Positions 1-10,059 of a stretch of DNA of 64,000 nt are shown one piece after another. Numbering within the stretch: position 1 is the stretch's first letter; each line of letters opens with the position of its first letter. Location: NCBI GenBank assembly GCA_049606035.1, contig JBMYVD010000001.1, positions 34,244 to 98,243 on the forward strand, in the 5' to 3' direction. This DNA comes from Candidatus Poseidoniaceae archaeon (GTDB lineage Archaea; Thermoplasmatota; Poseidoniia; Poseidoniales; Poseidoniaceae). Position numbers and translations under genes: made by a program. Under the pieces are notes generated by a model. It was not told the DNA's origin. It saw only the letters and a program-made list of their open reading frames with translations, and searched no databases.

Positions 1-69
1 GCCCGAGTATAGGCCAAGCTAACCCACAAACCCTTCCAAACCATGCGCTAATGTTCCCCTTCTTGAATG

Positions 70-486
70 TCACCCAAGAAGGAGGTAGGAACCATCACGC
101 TGTCGAATCAATAATCCTTGACTGACTGCTTCTTCAGCTACATCTTCTGCTTGAACAGAAATCCCCTTTCCTCGCAGGGCTCCTGCAAGCCTGTCAAGAT
201 GAACTACGTCCTCGATTGCAGCGATTCTAATACATGCAAATAATTGGCTTGCACTAGGATTTTCATTTACTTCAACTGCTTTAGGAAGTTTTTCTTCCAT
301 TTCCTTGCGAAGTTTCTCGGGCATGTTTGCGATTGCTACTTCTCTTTGCAATTCGGCGGCAGTATCCGCAGTAGAGACTATTTGGACATCGTCACCAACT
401 TGAGTACCACAGTGGGGACATTTGCGCGTCTTTCCGCTGACACCCCAGCAGCGCTGACAAGATGGACAGCGCACTACTGTGTACAA
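70..486 (-). CDS. Zinc-ribbon (CPSC...CPHC) plus C-terminal winged-helix-like small protein; function unknown
   Basis: ORF track; N-terminal CxxC-x17-CxxC ribbon, C-terminal helix-rich domain. Confidence 0.45.
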   Translation of the reverse strand: MYTVVRCPSCQRCWGVSGKTRKCPHCGTQVGDDVQIVSTADTAAELQREVAIANMPEKLRKEMEEKLPKAVEVNENPSASQLFACIRIAAIEDVVHLDRLAGALRGKGISVQAEDVAEEAVSQGLLIRQRDGSYLLLG

Positions 487-495
487 ATTCTCGCC

Positions 496-1176
496 TCACA
501 GAGAGAAGTCTGGTCTGTCATTGTTGCGTTTAGGACCACCAGGACGCATAGCCGGTGCTGCTGGTGCTTTCGTATCGACACGCTTTGCAGCAGATGCCAT
601 AGCATCCGAAGCCTGCCGTGTTAGTCCAGCACGTACTCTTCCGACGTTTCCTCCACCGGACAACTTCAATGATTCTGGCAATATCAAAGCCGCCATAGCT
701 ACACCAAAGTGGTCTTGTGCAGCGGTAACTTCGTCAACGGCTACATCAAAGGATACAACCTCTAAATCTCTACTCGCTAGTCTGCGTTGAAGGTTTCTCT
801 TGAGTAGTGCTTCGGTCTCTTCGTAATCCAACTCGGTTGTAATCTTTGCAACGATTGCACATTCTTCACCTTCAGGTGTCCTACATGCTGCCCATGCTAC
901 ACCTGCACAAGCTGATCCCCCATTGTATGCATAAGAGGTTGCTAAATGACATTCAACCAGTGAACCCATTGGTAGTGGCTTCGGGGGAGTTGCTTCGAAT
1001 CCCATAGGAAGAAATGCTCCCTGAACTTCGATTAGCCTAGAGTCTCCAAGACCCATCTCGACCAAACCTTGGTCGTAAGCATCTTCTGCATTCTCTCCCC
1101 ATGATGCAACTGCAGTCATTAACCAACCAGGACAACTCCCCGCTGGAGAGTTTGGAGCATTTCCGGAACCGAACAT
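496..1176 (-). CDS. pdaD: Pyruvoyl-dependent arginine decarboxylase-like (PdaD family) with Ala/Lys-rich C-terminal extension
   Basis: Similarity recalled to M. jannaschii PdaD (VASWGEN..AYDQGL..GLGDSRLI..PPKPLPMGSLV vs GSSEGET..AFDGAL..GIGNVNLI..LPKLPMGALV). Confidence 0.55.
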   Translation of the reverse strand: MFGSGNAPNSPAGSCPGWLMTAVASWGENAEDAYDQGLVEMGLGDSRLIEVQGAFLPMGFEATPPKPLPMGSLVECHLATSYAYNGGSACAGVAWAACRTPEGEECAIVAKITTELDYEETEALLKRNLQRRLASRDLEVVSFDVAVDEVTAAQDHFGVAMAALILPESLKLSGGGNVGRVRAGLTRQASDAMASAAKRVDTKAPAAPAMRPGGPKRNNDRPDFSL

Positions 1177-1229
1177 ATTGCAAGCGACATAGGATTAGGT
1201 TCATCAAGTGCTTGGTCTGAGTTTATTGT

Positions 1230-1517
1230 ATGACCGGCAATTCGAGGTTCATCCTATTGCTCGGTGCATCTCTGCTCGTTGTCGCATTTGCCGGCATGTC
1301 AACCGTAAGTGGAGAAGGGTGGGTCATTCCAATGGCGACATTGCTATCTGGAATTTTGCTTATTCTTGTTTTTTCGGCCATAACAATCAAACAAGAATCT
1401 GAGAGGGGAAGTACACCATTGTCAACGCAATCACAATCTCAAGGGAAAAGTGTGGACACTGTGGCTGATGATTTACCTGACCCTGTTGAATCCGGGTTTG
1501 ATTTACCAATTCTCTGA
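1230..1517 (+). CDS. Small hydrophobic membrane protein, hypothetical
   Basis: ORF track; two predicted TM helices; no recognisable motif. Confidence 0.25.
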   Translation: MTGNSRFILLLGASLLVVAFAGMSTVSGEGWVIPMATLLSGILLILVFSAITIKQESERGSTPLSTQSQSQGKSVDTVADDLPDPVESGFDLPIL

Positions 1518-2129
1518 TTATTCAGATAGGTCTTCACTGTTGAATACTGGAGGCTCGGGATTTTGGGGTAATTCACTCAATTCCTCAGGGCTGAGTTCTC
1601 TAAGAGTTGCATCTTCGTGAATAATTTGTGAATGTCCGTTTGGATCTAACAACTCAAGAGTAACAGAATTGGGAATTGGGTCTTCCTTTAACTCTAGCAA
1701 TGTCGTATGCATTTCTTGGAGTCTTTTTATGTCGGACATTTCACTATCCTCTACGTAGGCCTGCCTTGTTACCATAATGATTACATCCATGAATCTGTCA
1801 ATAACACCTTCAACATTTGAAACATAACCGGTTGATGCACTACCAGGATTTACTTCCAAATCTAATTCAACCAATCTCACTGTACAAGATGACGATCGAA
1901 TTACTCTAGCTCGCATGTGTTCGGGCTTGCTGATAACAATGGTGGAAGCACCGGGCTTCTTGCCTTCTGCAGGAATGAAATCTGTTTGTCTCCATCCGCA
2001 TGCATTGCACAGAACCGTGACTTGAGTGTGCTCACCAAAATACGGTATTTCATCGACGTGTGTCATCATTGCAACTTTGCCTTCAACTTTGCAAATTGGA
2101 CATGGAATTTCAACCGGGACCTCTTGCAT
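1518..2129 (-). CDS. ZPR1-type zinc-finger protein
   Basis: CPICK..IPYFGE..CNACG motif typical of the ZPR1 zinc finger. Confidence 0.7.
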   Translation of the reverse strand: MQEVPVEIPCPICKVEGKVAMMTHVDEIPYFGEHTQVTVLCNACGWRQTDFIPAEGKKPGASTIVISKPEHMRARVIRSSSCTVRLVELDLEVNPGSASTGYVSNVEGVIDRFMDVIIMVTRQAYVEDSEMSDIKRLQEMHTTLLELKEDPIPNSVTLELLDPNGHSQIIHEDATLRELSPEELSELPQNPEPPVFNSEDLSE

Positions 2130-2137
2130 ATTTTCAC

Positions 2138-2611
2138 CTACCTTAGGTCTGAATTATCGACACTGAACGCTTCTGCATCCACTCCTCTAACGCCTCGACA
2201 TCCAGGGGGCAACAACATCAATCTGCTATTGGTAAGCCTGATGATTTGGCCACCTAAATCAGATTCAACAAATTTGTTTAGTCGCTCAATAGCGGTTTGA
2301 AGTTCTAATTCACGAGTCATCAACTTCTCCATTCTCACAATTGCCGCTTCACCATCCGCTAACCAATCAAGCAATTGTGGAACTCCGGTCAAATCATGCA
2401 AAACTGCGCGATGAATAACTAGCCCGTCGGCTACCTTTGGAACCGGAGCATTGGGATACAATTTCTCCATGTCGTGATAACGGTTTGAGTTTGTATTGTT
2501 TGGTGTGCGGATATCGGGCTCCTGAGAAGGTAAATTCAATGGACGTGGTGCTGAACCATCGAATGAATCGAGCGAAGTCTGCTTGTCTCCTTCCTCGCTC
2601 ATGAACTGCAT
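2138..2611 (-). CDS. sepF: Cell-division protein SepF (DUF552) homolog; start trimmed to Met MQFMSEE
   Basis: C-terminal SepF-like core (VESDLGGQIIRLTNSRLMLLPPG); the longer track ORF would overlap psmB. Confidence 0.55.
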   Translation of the reverse strand: MQFMSEEGDKQTSLDSFDGSAPRPLNLPSQEPDIRTPNNTNSNRYHDMEKLYPNAPVPKVADGLVIHRAVLHDLTGVPQLLDWLADGEAAIVRMEKLMTRELELQTAIERLNKFVESDLGGQIIRLTNSRLMLLPPGCRGVRGVDAEAFSVDNSDLR

Positions 2612-2625
2612 GGAATGACGGTTGG

Positions 2626-3318
2626 TTGATAAGGGTCCCGCGAATCGAGGGTATTGTCCCGACTGGTTTGACGGGCTCCTATCGAGGTGAGAATGTGAAC
2701 GAAGCTCCAGGCGCAGTAAAAACAGGAACAAGTACAGTAGGTATCACTTTCAAGGGCGGAGTCGTTGTTGGTGCTGACCACCGAGCAACCATGGGCCACT
2801 TCGTTGCAAACAAGAGTGTTCAGAAACTCTTCAAAATCGGTGACAACCTAGCTCTAACAACCGCTGGTCTTGTCGGCCACGCACAATCTTTGGCAAGAAC
2901 ACTAGCTGCTGAAGTTTCACTATTCGAGTTGAGGAGAGGCGACGCAATGACCGTTAGAGGCGCTGCTACTCTTACTGCAAACATTCTCTCCGGCAGACCA
3001 CACTGGGTGCAACTCCTCATTGTTGGAGTTGACAGTGAAGGTGGTTCTGTTTATTCAATCGATTCTGCAGGAGGATCAATTCCTGATTCATATTGTGCAA
3101 CCGGTTCCGGTTCGCCTTACATGTACGGTGTATTAGAAGATGGTTTCAGCGAGAATATGTCTAGAGACGCCGCTGTTGCACTAGCAGCAAGGGCACTATC
3201 AGCATCCGCTCAACGTGATGCTGCATCCGGAAACGGAATGGACCTTGCCGTAATCACTGCAAAAGATGGCTACACTCCTGTAGACCAGAAAGAGATCGCA
3301 GCCATACTCAAGAAGTAG
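2626..3318 (+). CDS. psmB: Proteasome subunit beta (start uncertain; TTG per track, possible GTG about 2695)
   Basis: Propeptide then TSTVGITFKGGVVVGAD active-site Thr region. Confidence 0.9.
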   Translation: MIRVPRIEGIVPTGLTGSYRGENVNEAPGAVKTGTSTVGITFKGGVVVGADHRATMGHFVANKSVQKLFKIGDNLALTTAGLVGHAQSLARTLAAEVSLFELRRGDAMTVRGAATLTANILSGRPHWVQLLIVGVDSEGGSVYSIDSAGGSIPDSYCATGSGSPYMYGVLEDGFSENMSRDAAVALAARALSASAQRDAASGNGMDLAVITAKDGYTPVDQKEIAAILKK

Positions 3319-3387
3319 GCATCATACTCCACTCACGGGTTAGTCTCGTGGCCCCATTCTGGGGTTCACCATGTCAATCAGTGAGCG

Positions 3388-3395
3388 GGAGGTGA
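3388..3395 (+). promoter_or_regulatory. Shine-Dalgarno-like GGAGGTGA 6 nt upstream of aCPSF1 ATG
   Basis: Seen directly in sequence. Confidence 0.4.
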
Positions 3396-3401
3396 AGAAT
3401 C

Positions 3402-5306
3402 ATGAGACTTAGTTTCAAAGAAATGAAGGATGCGATAGCAAAAATTGTTCCCAAGGACATCCAGTACGATGTTGATTTGGAAGCAGGAGACATCTCCATT
3501 GTTACTACAACCCCTGATGCGTTTGGCGGAGGAGATGGACTAGTTGGAAAAATCGCTAAGAAAATCAAGCGAAGAATCGTACTCAGGCCTCACGAATCGA
3601 TCATGAAAGGTGAGGCTGAAACAGAGGAGTTTATTCGAGATTTAATCGAAGACGTCGCTGGAATAGACTCGATTTATTTCGATTCTTGTTACTGTGAAGT
3701 AACTGTAATCTGTAACAACCCTGGTGAGGCAGTTGGTAGAAGAGGGGCAAACGCAAAAGCAATTCGTGATGAATGCGGTTGGCTGGTCAAATTTGAGAGA
3801 ACACCACCAATTTATTCCAAAACAATGCATGACATCAGAGGATATAGAGCGTCACACGCCAAGGAAAGAAGGAAACTCCTCAAGGACTTTGGATTGAATA
3901 TTTACAGGCCAAAAAGACCAGGCTCGTTTTGGGTAAGAACCACTGCATTGGGTTCATACAGAGAAGTAGGCCGTGCATGCCACCTAGTTACTTCAAACGA
4001 AAGTAGAGTCATGATAGACGTTGGTGTAAACATCGCATCTGATACAGACCCAATGCCTTACTTTACTGCTCCAGAGGCACTACCGATGGAGAAAATGGAT
4101 GCTGTCATCTTAACTCACGCACACTTAGACCATGCCGGAATGTTACCAGTTCTATTCAGATATGGCTACAGGGGGCCTGTCTACTGTACTCCTCCAACCA
4201 GAGACATGATGTTACTGCTTCAATCCGACTACCTCAAAGTTGGCGGTTCTGAAGGAAAGAGAGCACCTTACGATATGGAAGACATTCGAACTTGTATGAG
4301 GCACGTTATCGATGTTGATTGGGGACAGACAGTTGATATCGCACCCGATATGAAATTGACATTCCATAACGCAGGACACATTCTTGGTTCTTCATCCGTC
4401 CACTTACACGTTGGCGACGGTAAGCACAACATCGTATTCTCTGGCGACCAAAAATATGAGAAATCATGGCTATTTGATGCAGCTAACACAAGATTCCCAA
4501 GATGTGAGACACTTGTTATCGAATCAACTTACGGTGCATCTGGTGATTTCCAACCGAGCAGAGAAGAAGCGACCCAAGAACTCCAGGATATTGTTAGCCG
4601 AACTATCAAGCGTGGTGGAAAGTTGATATGTCCTGTTTTCGCAGTTGGGCGGTCACAGGAGGTTATGATAGCAATTGATGAATTATTCAGATCTGGTGCC
4701 ATAAAACCTGTACCAGTTTATCTTGATGGAATGATTCAAGAAGCCACAGCGATTCATTCTTCACACCCCAATTACCTTACTCAAGCACTCAGGAAGAGTC
4801 TCTTGAAAGACGATGGAAATAATCCATTCACTAGTGAGTGGTTCCGTCCAGTTCAAGGCAGAGAGATGAGAGAATCGATTGTAATGGATGGAAGCCCATG
4901 TATCGTCTTAGCAACTAGCGGTATGATGAATGGAGGTCCGGTAATGAACTACTTCCAAAACTGGGCACACGAACCAAGAAACTCTCTTTGCTTCGTGGGT
5001 TACCAAGCTGAAGGAACACTTGGGCGAAGACTGCAGAAAGGTTTCAGTGAAGTACCAATGGTAATCAATGGACAGACAGAGATCGTGAAAATAGGTTGCG
5101 AGATGGCAACAATCGATGGATTCAGTGGTCACTCCGACAGAAGGCAGCTGCTGGAATTCATTGAGAATATGAGTCCAAGACCAAAGAATGTTATTTGTCA
5201 TCATGGTGACTACTTCAAATGCAACGAACTTGGAAGAACCCTAAGAGAGAAATTCAAGGTGAGAACATACGCTCCTCAGAATCTTGAAACGATCAGATTA
5301 TCCTGA
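3402..5306 (+). CDS. aCPSF1/FttA: KH-domain plus beta-CASP metallo-beta-lactamase RNase (archaeal transcription termination factor)
   Basis: N-terminal KH region; HAHLDHAG MBL motif; 634 aa, typical of aCPSF1. Confidence 0.9.
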   Translation: MRLSFKEMKDAIAKIVPKDIQYDVDLEAGDISIVTTTPDAFGGGDGLVGKIAKKIKRRIVLRPHESIMKGEAETEEFIRDLIEDVAGIDSIYFDSCYCEVTVICNNPGEAVGRRGANAKAIRDECGWLVKFERTPPIYSKTMHDIRGYRASHAKERRKLLKDFGLNIYRPKRPGSFWVRTTALGSYREVGRACHLVTSNESRVMIDVGVNIASDTDPMPYFTAPEALPMEKMDAVILTHAHLDHAGMLPVLFRYGYRGPVYCTPPTRDMMLLLQSDYLKVGGSEGKRAPYDMEDIRTCMRHVIDVDWGQTVDIAPDMKLTFHNAGHILGSSSVHLHVGDGKHNIVFSGDQKYEKSWLFDAANTRFPRCETLVIESTYGASGDFQPSREEATQELQDIVSRTIKRGGKLICPVFAVGRSQEVMIAIDELFRSGAIKPVPVYLDGMIQEATAIHSSHPNYLTQALRKSLLKDDGNNPFTSEWFRPVQGREMRESIVMDGSPCIVLATSGMMNGGPVMNYFQNWAHEPRNSLCFVGYQAEGTLGRRLQKGFSEVPMVINGQTEIVKIGCEMATIDGFSGHSDRRQLLEFIENMSPRPKNVICHHGDYFKCNELGRTLREKFKVRTYAPQNLETIRLS

Positions 5307-6683
5307 TTATTCAAAGAACCGCTCCACCAAGTGAGCGGTTTCATCGCGCTTTTCAGCAAGATTCGAAAGCCAATCAGTTGCTCTTTCAATACACATCTGC
5401 TTCATTTCACCAGCAAGTATTTTTCCTGCTCTGTAGTCTTGGTTTATCTCTTCTAGGAATCCATCATCCTCTTCGAAGAAATACATCATGTATTGGTAAG
5501 CTACGTCTTTATCTGGGTCTCCGCCTAGTCTTCGATGCTCTTCGATTGTTGATTGACCGCCTGAAAATGATTTTTTAATTTTCTTTTCTGCTGTCGCAAT
5601 ATCATCAGACAAGAAGAGAGTGGTCTTAGGCTTCGAAGATGACATCTTGTCGCCTGTCATTCCAACTGCAAATCGATGGTATGTGCTTGATGGAGCAAGA
5701 AGACCCATCCCCCCCATACTTCGCTCAAGAGATAAAAGTGCCATTCTGATAGGCCCTTTATCCTTAGAAGTAGCACTGGGAATGTTTACAGTACCATGTT
5801 TGGGATTTGACATTATATCTGAATAACCTAGTCCTTGTATGGCTGATACTATCTTGGAAAATACTTCTTTCTGCCTTTCTTTATTCACTCGACCGCTTGG
5901 CTCAACTCCCATGGTCAAGGAGTTGTCCTCTTGAATTGACACGCCGACTTGAAGTCCCATTTTCGCATCACTTACATTGAACCAGTTTGTTTTGGATGCT
6001 AGTCCTCTAGTTAATCTTAGATGTGGATCTTGGTCGATTCCGACAGGTACTACAATTGGGCGTAGTCCACCGTATTCATCTAACTGAGGATGTAAAATGT
6101 CGCCAGCTTGGACCAGTGGTGCTTGCACGTGAGCAAGATTGGTCGAACCATCAAATCCGTATATCGCTTCTAATTCACTCAGGTTAGTTCTCTTACCTAA
6201 CTGAAAACCTAATTTTTGAACGACACTTCTCTCAGATTGGAAATAAACTGTGGTTTTTTCCGGGTCAAGACCTAATGCAGCATAGTTTGCCACATACTCC
6301 TCAGCTGCAATTTTCTTTCCTTCGGAAAGTGAAATACCTCTAGTTGCGGTCGATTCAAGGTCTGCAACTGCAATTGTAACGTCACCGCCCTGCTGCTGGA
6401 ACCAATTTACTTGGTCGATGACCATCGAATGCCCAAGGTGCATCCTACCAGATGGCATCAGGCCAGTAAGAACTCCGAATGGATCCCCTGATTTTTTTGC
6501 GTTCAATACCATATCAAGGTCTCTGTGTGCAAAGACAACACCTCTGCGGTGTAGCCTTGAAGGCGAATTTAAGGAGACTCCTTCCATCGAAGAAAGACCG
6601 AATTTTTCGATTATCCTGGAGTAATCTGTTGATTGAGATGAACCCCATGGATCGATACTAACTTCGTCATCCATCAGCATCAC
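5307..6683 (-). CDS. trpS: Tryptophanyl-tRNA synthetase (archaeal/eukaryotic type)
   Basis: HLGH (HIGH) and KMSSS (KMSKS-like) motifs; DPWGSS..DYSRIIEKFG N-terminal TrpRS signature. Confidence 0.8.
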   Translation of the reverse strand: MMLMDDEVSIDPWGSSQSTDYSRIIEKFGLSSMEGVSLNSPSRLHRRGVVFAHRDLDMVLNAKKSGDPFGVLTGLMPSGRMHLGHSMVIDQVNWFQQQGGDVTIAVADLESTATRGISLSEGKKIAAEEYVANYAALGLDPEKTTVYFQSERSVVQKLGFQLGKRTNLSELEAIYGFDGSTNLAHVQAPLVQAGDILHPQLDEYGGLRPIVVPVGIDQDPHLRLTRGLASKTNWFNVSDAKMGLQVGVSIQEDNSLTMGVEPSGRVNKERQKEVFSKIVSAIQGLGYSDIMSNPKHGTVNIPSATSKDKGPIRMALLSLERSMGGMGLLAPSSTYHRFAVGMTGDKMSSSKPKTTLFLSDDIATAEKKIKKSFSGGQSTIEEHRRLGGDPDKDVAYQYMMYFFEEDDGFLEEINQDYRAGKILAGEMKQMCIERATDWLSNLAEKRDETAHLVERFFE

Positions 6684-7893
6684 CGCTTTCGCCTTTAGGC
6701 ATCAACTCTTCGGCTTTTGAATATGCTAAGGCGTCTTTCTTCAAAACAAGCCAAATTCCCGAGACACTCAGAATTAATACTCCAACACCAACATATGGGA
6801 GCCACTCTAGACCCTCTTCAAGCCCTCTGGGTGTAAGTAACCAAGTGAACTTTAGGAATTCATGGTCGTCAAACCTCTTTGACCAAAGGAATAAGTCGGT
6901 TGTAGAATGACCTCCAATGGTCAATGCTGAAGTTTTGTTATTGAAGAATTGAGTTCTACCCGTTATGTCGTATTCAACCTCTTCACTTAGATTAAACTCT
7001 ACAGCATTGCCTGCTTGTACGCTGATATATAGAATTGAACCTTCTTGCCTCCAACCTTCTTTTGTGTTACGTTCATCAACTCCTAACGGAGGCAAATTCG
7101 AATCCAAGACAGTTGCATCAGAGATATTTGCAATCCAAGTTATTGGAACGTTCCATGCATTTGTTGCTGATCTGCAAGCCACAGAGTCGATTGGCTCAAA
7201 ATGAAGAACTGAATTCTCAAGTGAATGATTGAAACTGTTACACCGTTCTACAGCCCAGTAGGAGTATGCTTCACCCCATGTTGTGAACCAAGTATCATCC
7301 CTTTCAGATAACATTTCGACTACTTCCGAGTCGTGTCTAACCGTAGCATCGTGAATCCTTCCAACCCAGTACATGTTTACAAGGCCACCAGAATCTAATT
7401 CTGACTCTAGTAAGGAAATTTCTGCAATTCCCTTCTCTAGCGAACCTCCTCTCCGTCCCAAGTCGAACCAATCATATTCACGCTCTGGTACGTTTTCTGC
7501 ACTATGCCAAGCAGTTGCAGATTGGCCGGTTTCATCCCCGTGTACGCTGAACCCCTGGTTCGAAATAACCGTGTGTTGAGCTGCTGTCAAATCACTTGGA
7601 GTGTAGGTAGAAATCGGGCTACTGCCCCACTTCGAGGCATCGATTCTATCCTCAACATATTCGCGACATTCTAGAGCAACCGCTCCTGGGTCTGCCTTCC
7701 ACGCCAAATTTGGCATGCCGTAGCACCCGAATTCATCACCTTTCTCTAGACGCTCTTCGCCAATGGTTGCAAGCCATCCATCCTCTTCCCATTGAACGTC
7801 CGCAAGTACGGATGGTGCGAAAGTTGCGGACAGCAACATCGCAAGTACGACCAGACGCATGTGGTGAGGCCTGCGTAGGGCCCATTTCAGCAT
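6667..7893 (-). CDS. Secreted protein with signal peptide and C-terminal TM anchor, hypothetical
   Basis: N-terminal signal peptide (LVVLAMLLSATFAPSVLA); C-terminal hydrophobic helix plus KK. Confidence 0.5.
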   Translation of the reverse strand: MLKWALRRPHHMRLVVLAMLLSATFAPSVLADVQWEEDGWLATIGEERLEKGDEFGCYGMPNLAWKADPGAVALECREYVEDRIDASKWGSSPISTYTPSDLTAAQHTVISNQGFSVHGDETGQSATAWHSAENVPEREYDWFDLGRRGGSLEKGIAEISLLESELDSGGLVNMYWVGRIHDATVRHDSEVVEMLSERDDTWFTTWGEAYSYWAVERCNSFNHSLENSVLHFEPIDSVACRSATNAWNVPITWIANISDATVLDSNLPPLGVDERNTKEGWRQEGSILYISVQAGNAVEFNLSEEVEYDITGRTQFFNNKTSALTIGGHSTTDLFLWSKRFDDHEFLKFTWLLTPRGLEEGLEWLPYVGVGVLILSVSGIWLVLKKDALAYSKAEELMPKGESGDADG

Positions 7894-7946
7894 TACCTCA
7901 TTCTGATATTAGGCAAGCATCAAAGGTTAGTAGTTTCAGGAAGTAA

Positions 7947-8714
7947 ATGATGAGCGACCTCAAAGAGGCGTGGATGGCTTTGGAAAGCCACTGGAAAATC
8001 ACTCCTAAGGATGCTAGGATTACTGGCGATGCATCCTATGGATTCATGCGATGGACATTGGCTCCATTCTTCCGAATGATCCTAAGAGTGAAAATCAGAG
8101 GGATAGGAAATGTTCCAAAGTCGGGCCCAACGATTCTCGCTGCTAATCACCTCTCACATGTTGACCCTTTGGTTGTAATCCTTGCTTCCAGAAGGAGAAC
8201 ACACTATCTAGCAAAAGATGGACATTTTCGCAATGTTGCTCTAAGAACTTTCATGAGGGCAACAGGACAAATCGAAACAAATAGGGAAACAGGTGGTGCT
8301 GATGCTTTGTCCAGTGCAGCTGTCGTGCTGCATGCAAACAGAGCATTGGGCATATTCCCCGAAGGTACACGCTCAAAGAAGACTGAGCCACCATTCCTTT
8401 TGCCGGGAAAAACAGGAATCGCTAGACTCGCTGCATCATATCCCGATGTTCCAGTTGTCCCGATTGGCCTTACAGGAACTAGGGAATTCATGACCCCTAA
8501 CAAGCATAAATTGCCTCGCCTCTGGAAAAAGGTTGGAATTTCATATGGAAAGCCCATTACTTGGTGGGAGTGGTTAGAGAAAAGAACCTCAATTGAAGAC
8601 TTGCAAGCACTTGCTCACAAAGAAGACTACGAGGTTAAATCATCACTATCGGCGATGTATCGAGAGTTTACTGATGAATTCATGGAGAGAATAAAAGGCC
8701 AAGGTGCTCCGTGA
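7947..8714 (+). CDS. plsC: 1-acyl-sn-glycerol-3-phosphate acyltransferase (PlsC-family lysophospholipid acyltransferase)
   Basis: NHLSHVDP (HX4D) and IFPEGTRS motifs. Confidence 0.75.
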   Translation: MMSDLKEAWMALESHWKITPKDARITGDASYGFMRWTLAPFFRMILRVKIRGIGNVPKSGPTILAANHLSHVDPLVVILASRRRTHYLAKDGHFRNVALRTFMRATGQIETNRETGGADALSSAAVVLHANRALGIFPEGTRSKKTEPPFLLPGKTGIARLAASYPDVPVVPIGLTGTREFMTPNKHKLPRLWKKVGISYGKPITWWEWLEKRTSIEDLQALAHKEDYEVKSSLSAMYREFTDEFMERIKGQGAP

Positions 8715-8750
8715 AAATCCTCAAAGGCCTTCATACTAGGTCGATAGCCA

Positions 8751-9548
8751 ATGCAGGAGTATCTCGACTTGATGCAGCGTATCCTTGACGAGGGCGAGGA
8801 GAAAGGAGATAGGACTGGCACGGGTACATTATCCGTATTTGGACATCAAATGCGCTTTGATTTATCCAAGGGATTTCCTATGGTCACAACCAAGAAATTG
8901 CATCTGAAATCAATCGTTCACGAACTGCTCTGGTTCCTTGCAGGAGATACAAATATCGCCTATCTCCAAGAAAACGGAGTAAGAATTTGGAACGAGTGGG
9001 CTGATGAAAATGGCGACTTAGGTCCTGTTTATGGCAAGCAATGGCGGAAATGGGAAACTAAAGATGGAAAGGTAATCGACCAAGTTCAGCAGGCTATTGA
9101 GATGATCAAAACCAATCCTAATTCTCGCAGAATTATCGTAAGTGCATGGAACGTTGGAGAACTCGAAGAAATGGCTCTAATGCCCTGTCATGCATTCTTC
9201 CAATTCCACGTAGCCAATGGCAAACTCAACTGCCAATTATACCAGAGAAGTGCAGATGTCTTCTTGGGTGTACCTTTCAACATTGCATCCTACGCATTAC
9301 TCACCCACATGATGGCACAAGTTTGTGGATTGAAAGCTGGAACATTTGTACATACACTAGGAGATGCGCATCTTTACATGAATCATCTAGAGCAAGCAAA
9401 ATTACAACTCACTAGAACCCCTATTGAACCTCTTCCTCAACTCAAATTAAATCCAGATATTACAAACATCGATGACTTCACATACGACGATATAGAAGTT
9501 ATTGGATACGAGCACCATCCTCACATAAAGGCCCCAATCGCAGTGTGA
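8751..9548 (+). CDS. thyA: Thymidylate synthase ThyA
   Basis: Canonical ThyA sequence ([14 protein letters not shown]). Confidence 0.95.
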   Translation: MQEYLDLMQRILDEGEEKGDRTGTGTLSVFGHQMRFDLSKGFPMVTTKKLHLKSIVHELLWFLAGDTNIAYLQENGVRIWNEWADENGDLGPVYGKQWRKWETKDGKVIDQVQQAIEMIKTNPNSRRIIVSAWNVGELEEMALMPCHAFFQFHVANGKLNCQLYQRSADVFLGVPFNIASYALLTHMMAQVCGLKAGTFVHTLGDAHLYMNHLEQAKLQLTRTPIEPLPQLKLNPDITNIDDFTYDDIEVIGYEHHPHIKAPIAV

Positions 9549-9552
9549 TATT

Positions 9553-10011
9553 ATGCTGGGAATGATTGTTGCCTGTGACAGAAATGGTGCCATTGGCAAA
9601 GATGGAGATTTGCCTTGGCGACAGTCTACCGACTTGCAACATTTCAAACGAGTCACTATGGATTCAACAATTATCATGGGAAGAAAGACCTGGGACTCAT
9701 TACCCGGATTATTGCCTGGCAGAAGGCATGTCGTGCTATCAAGGGGCGAAGTCGAAGGTGTAGAGGTAGTATCATTTGACCAAGCAATGAAAATGGAAGG
9801 ATGGATTATTGGCGGCGGCCAAATTTACGAACTATTCCTTCCACATGTAAACCAATTACATCGAACCATTATAGATACTAGAGTGGACGGTGCCGACACA
9901 CACTTTCCTGATATCACGGGCATGGGTTTCAAATTAAATGAAGAGAGACATGTTTCTGCAGGCGAAAAAGACCAACACGACATGATATTCCAGCATTGGA
10001 TTAGAGAGTAA
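9553..10011 (+). CDS. folA: Dihydrofolate reductase
   Basis: MIVA..NGAIGKDGDLPW..IMGRKTWDSLP DHFR signature; adjacent to thyA. Confidence 0.9.
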   Translation: MLGMIVACDRNGAIGKDGDLPWRQSTDLQHFKRVTMDSTIIMGRKTWDSLPGLLPGRRHVVLSRGEVEGVEVVSFDQAMKMEGWIIGGGQIYELFLPHVNQLHRTIIDTRVDGADTHFPDITGMGFKLNEERHVSAGEKDQHDMIFQHWIRE

Positions 10012-10059
10012 TATTCACTTCATGGTGGTAGAATAGAGTAAGATAGTTTCAAGTATCTG

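Noticed and set aside
2612-2731. 40-aa N-terminal extension of the SepF ORF
   Set aside because: It would overlap the psmB start on the opposite strand. The SepF-like domain begins well downstream, so Met at 2611 was chosen.
8204-8557. 117-aa minus-strand ORF
   Set aside because: It lies antisense to and inside plsC. It has no features of its own.
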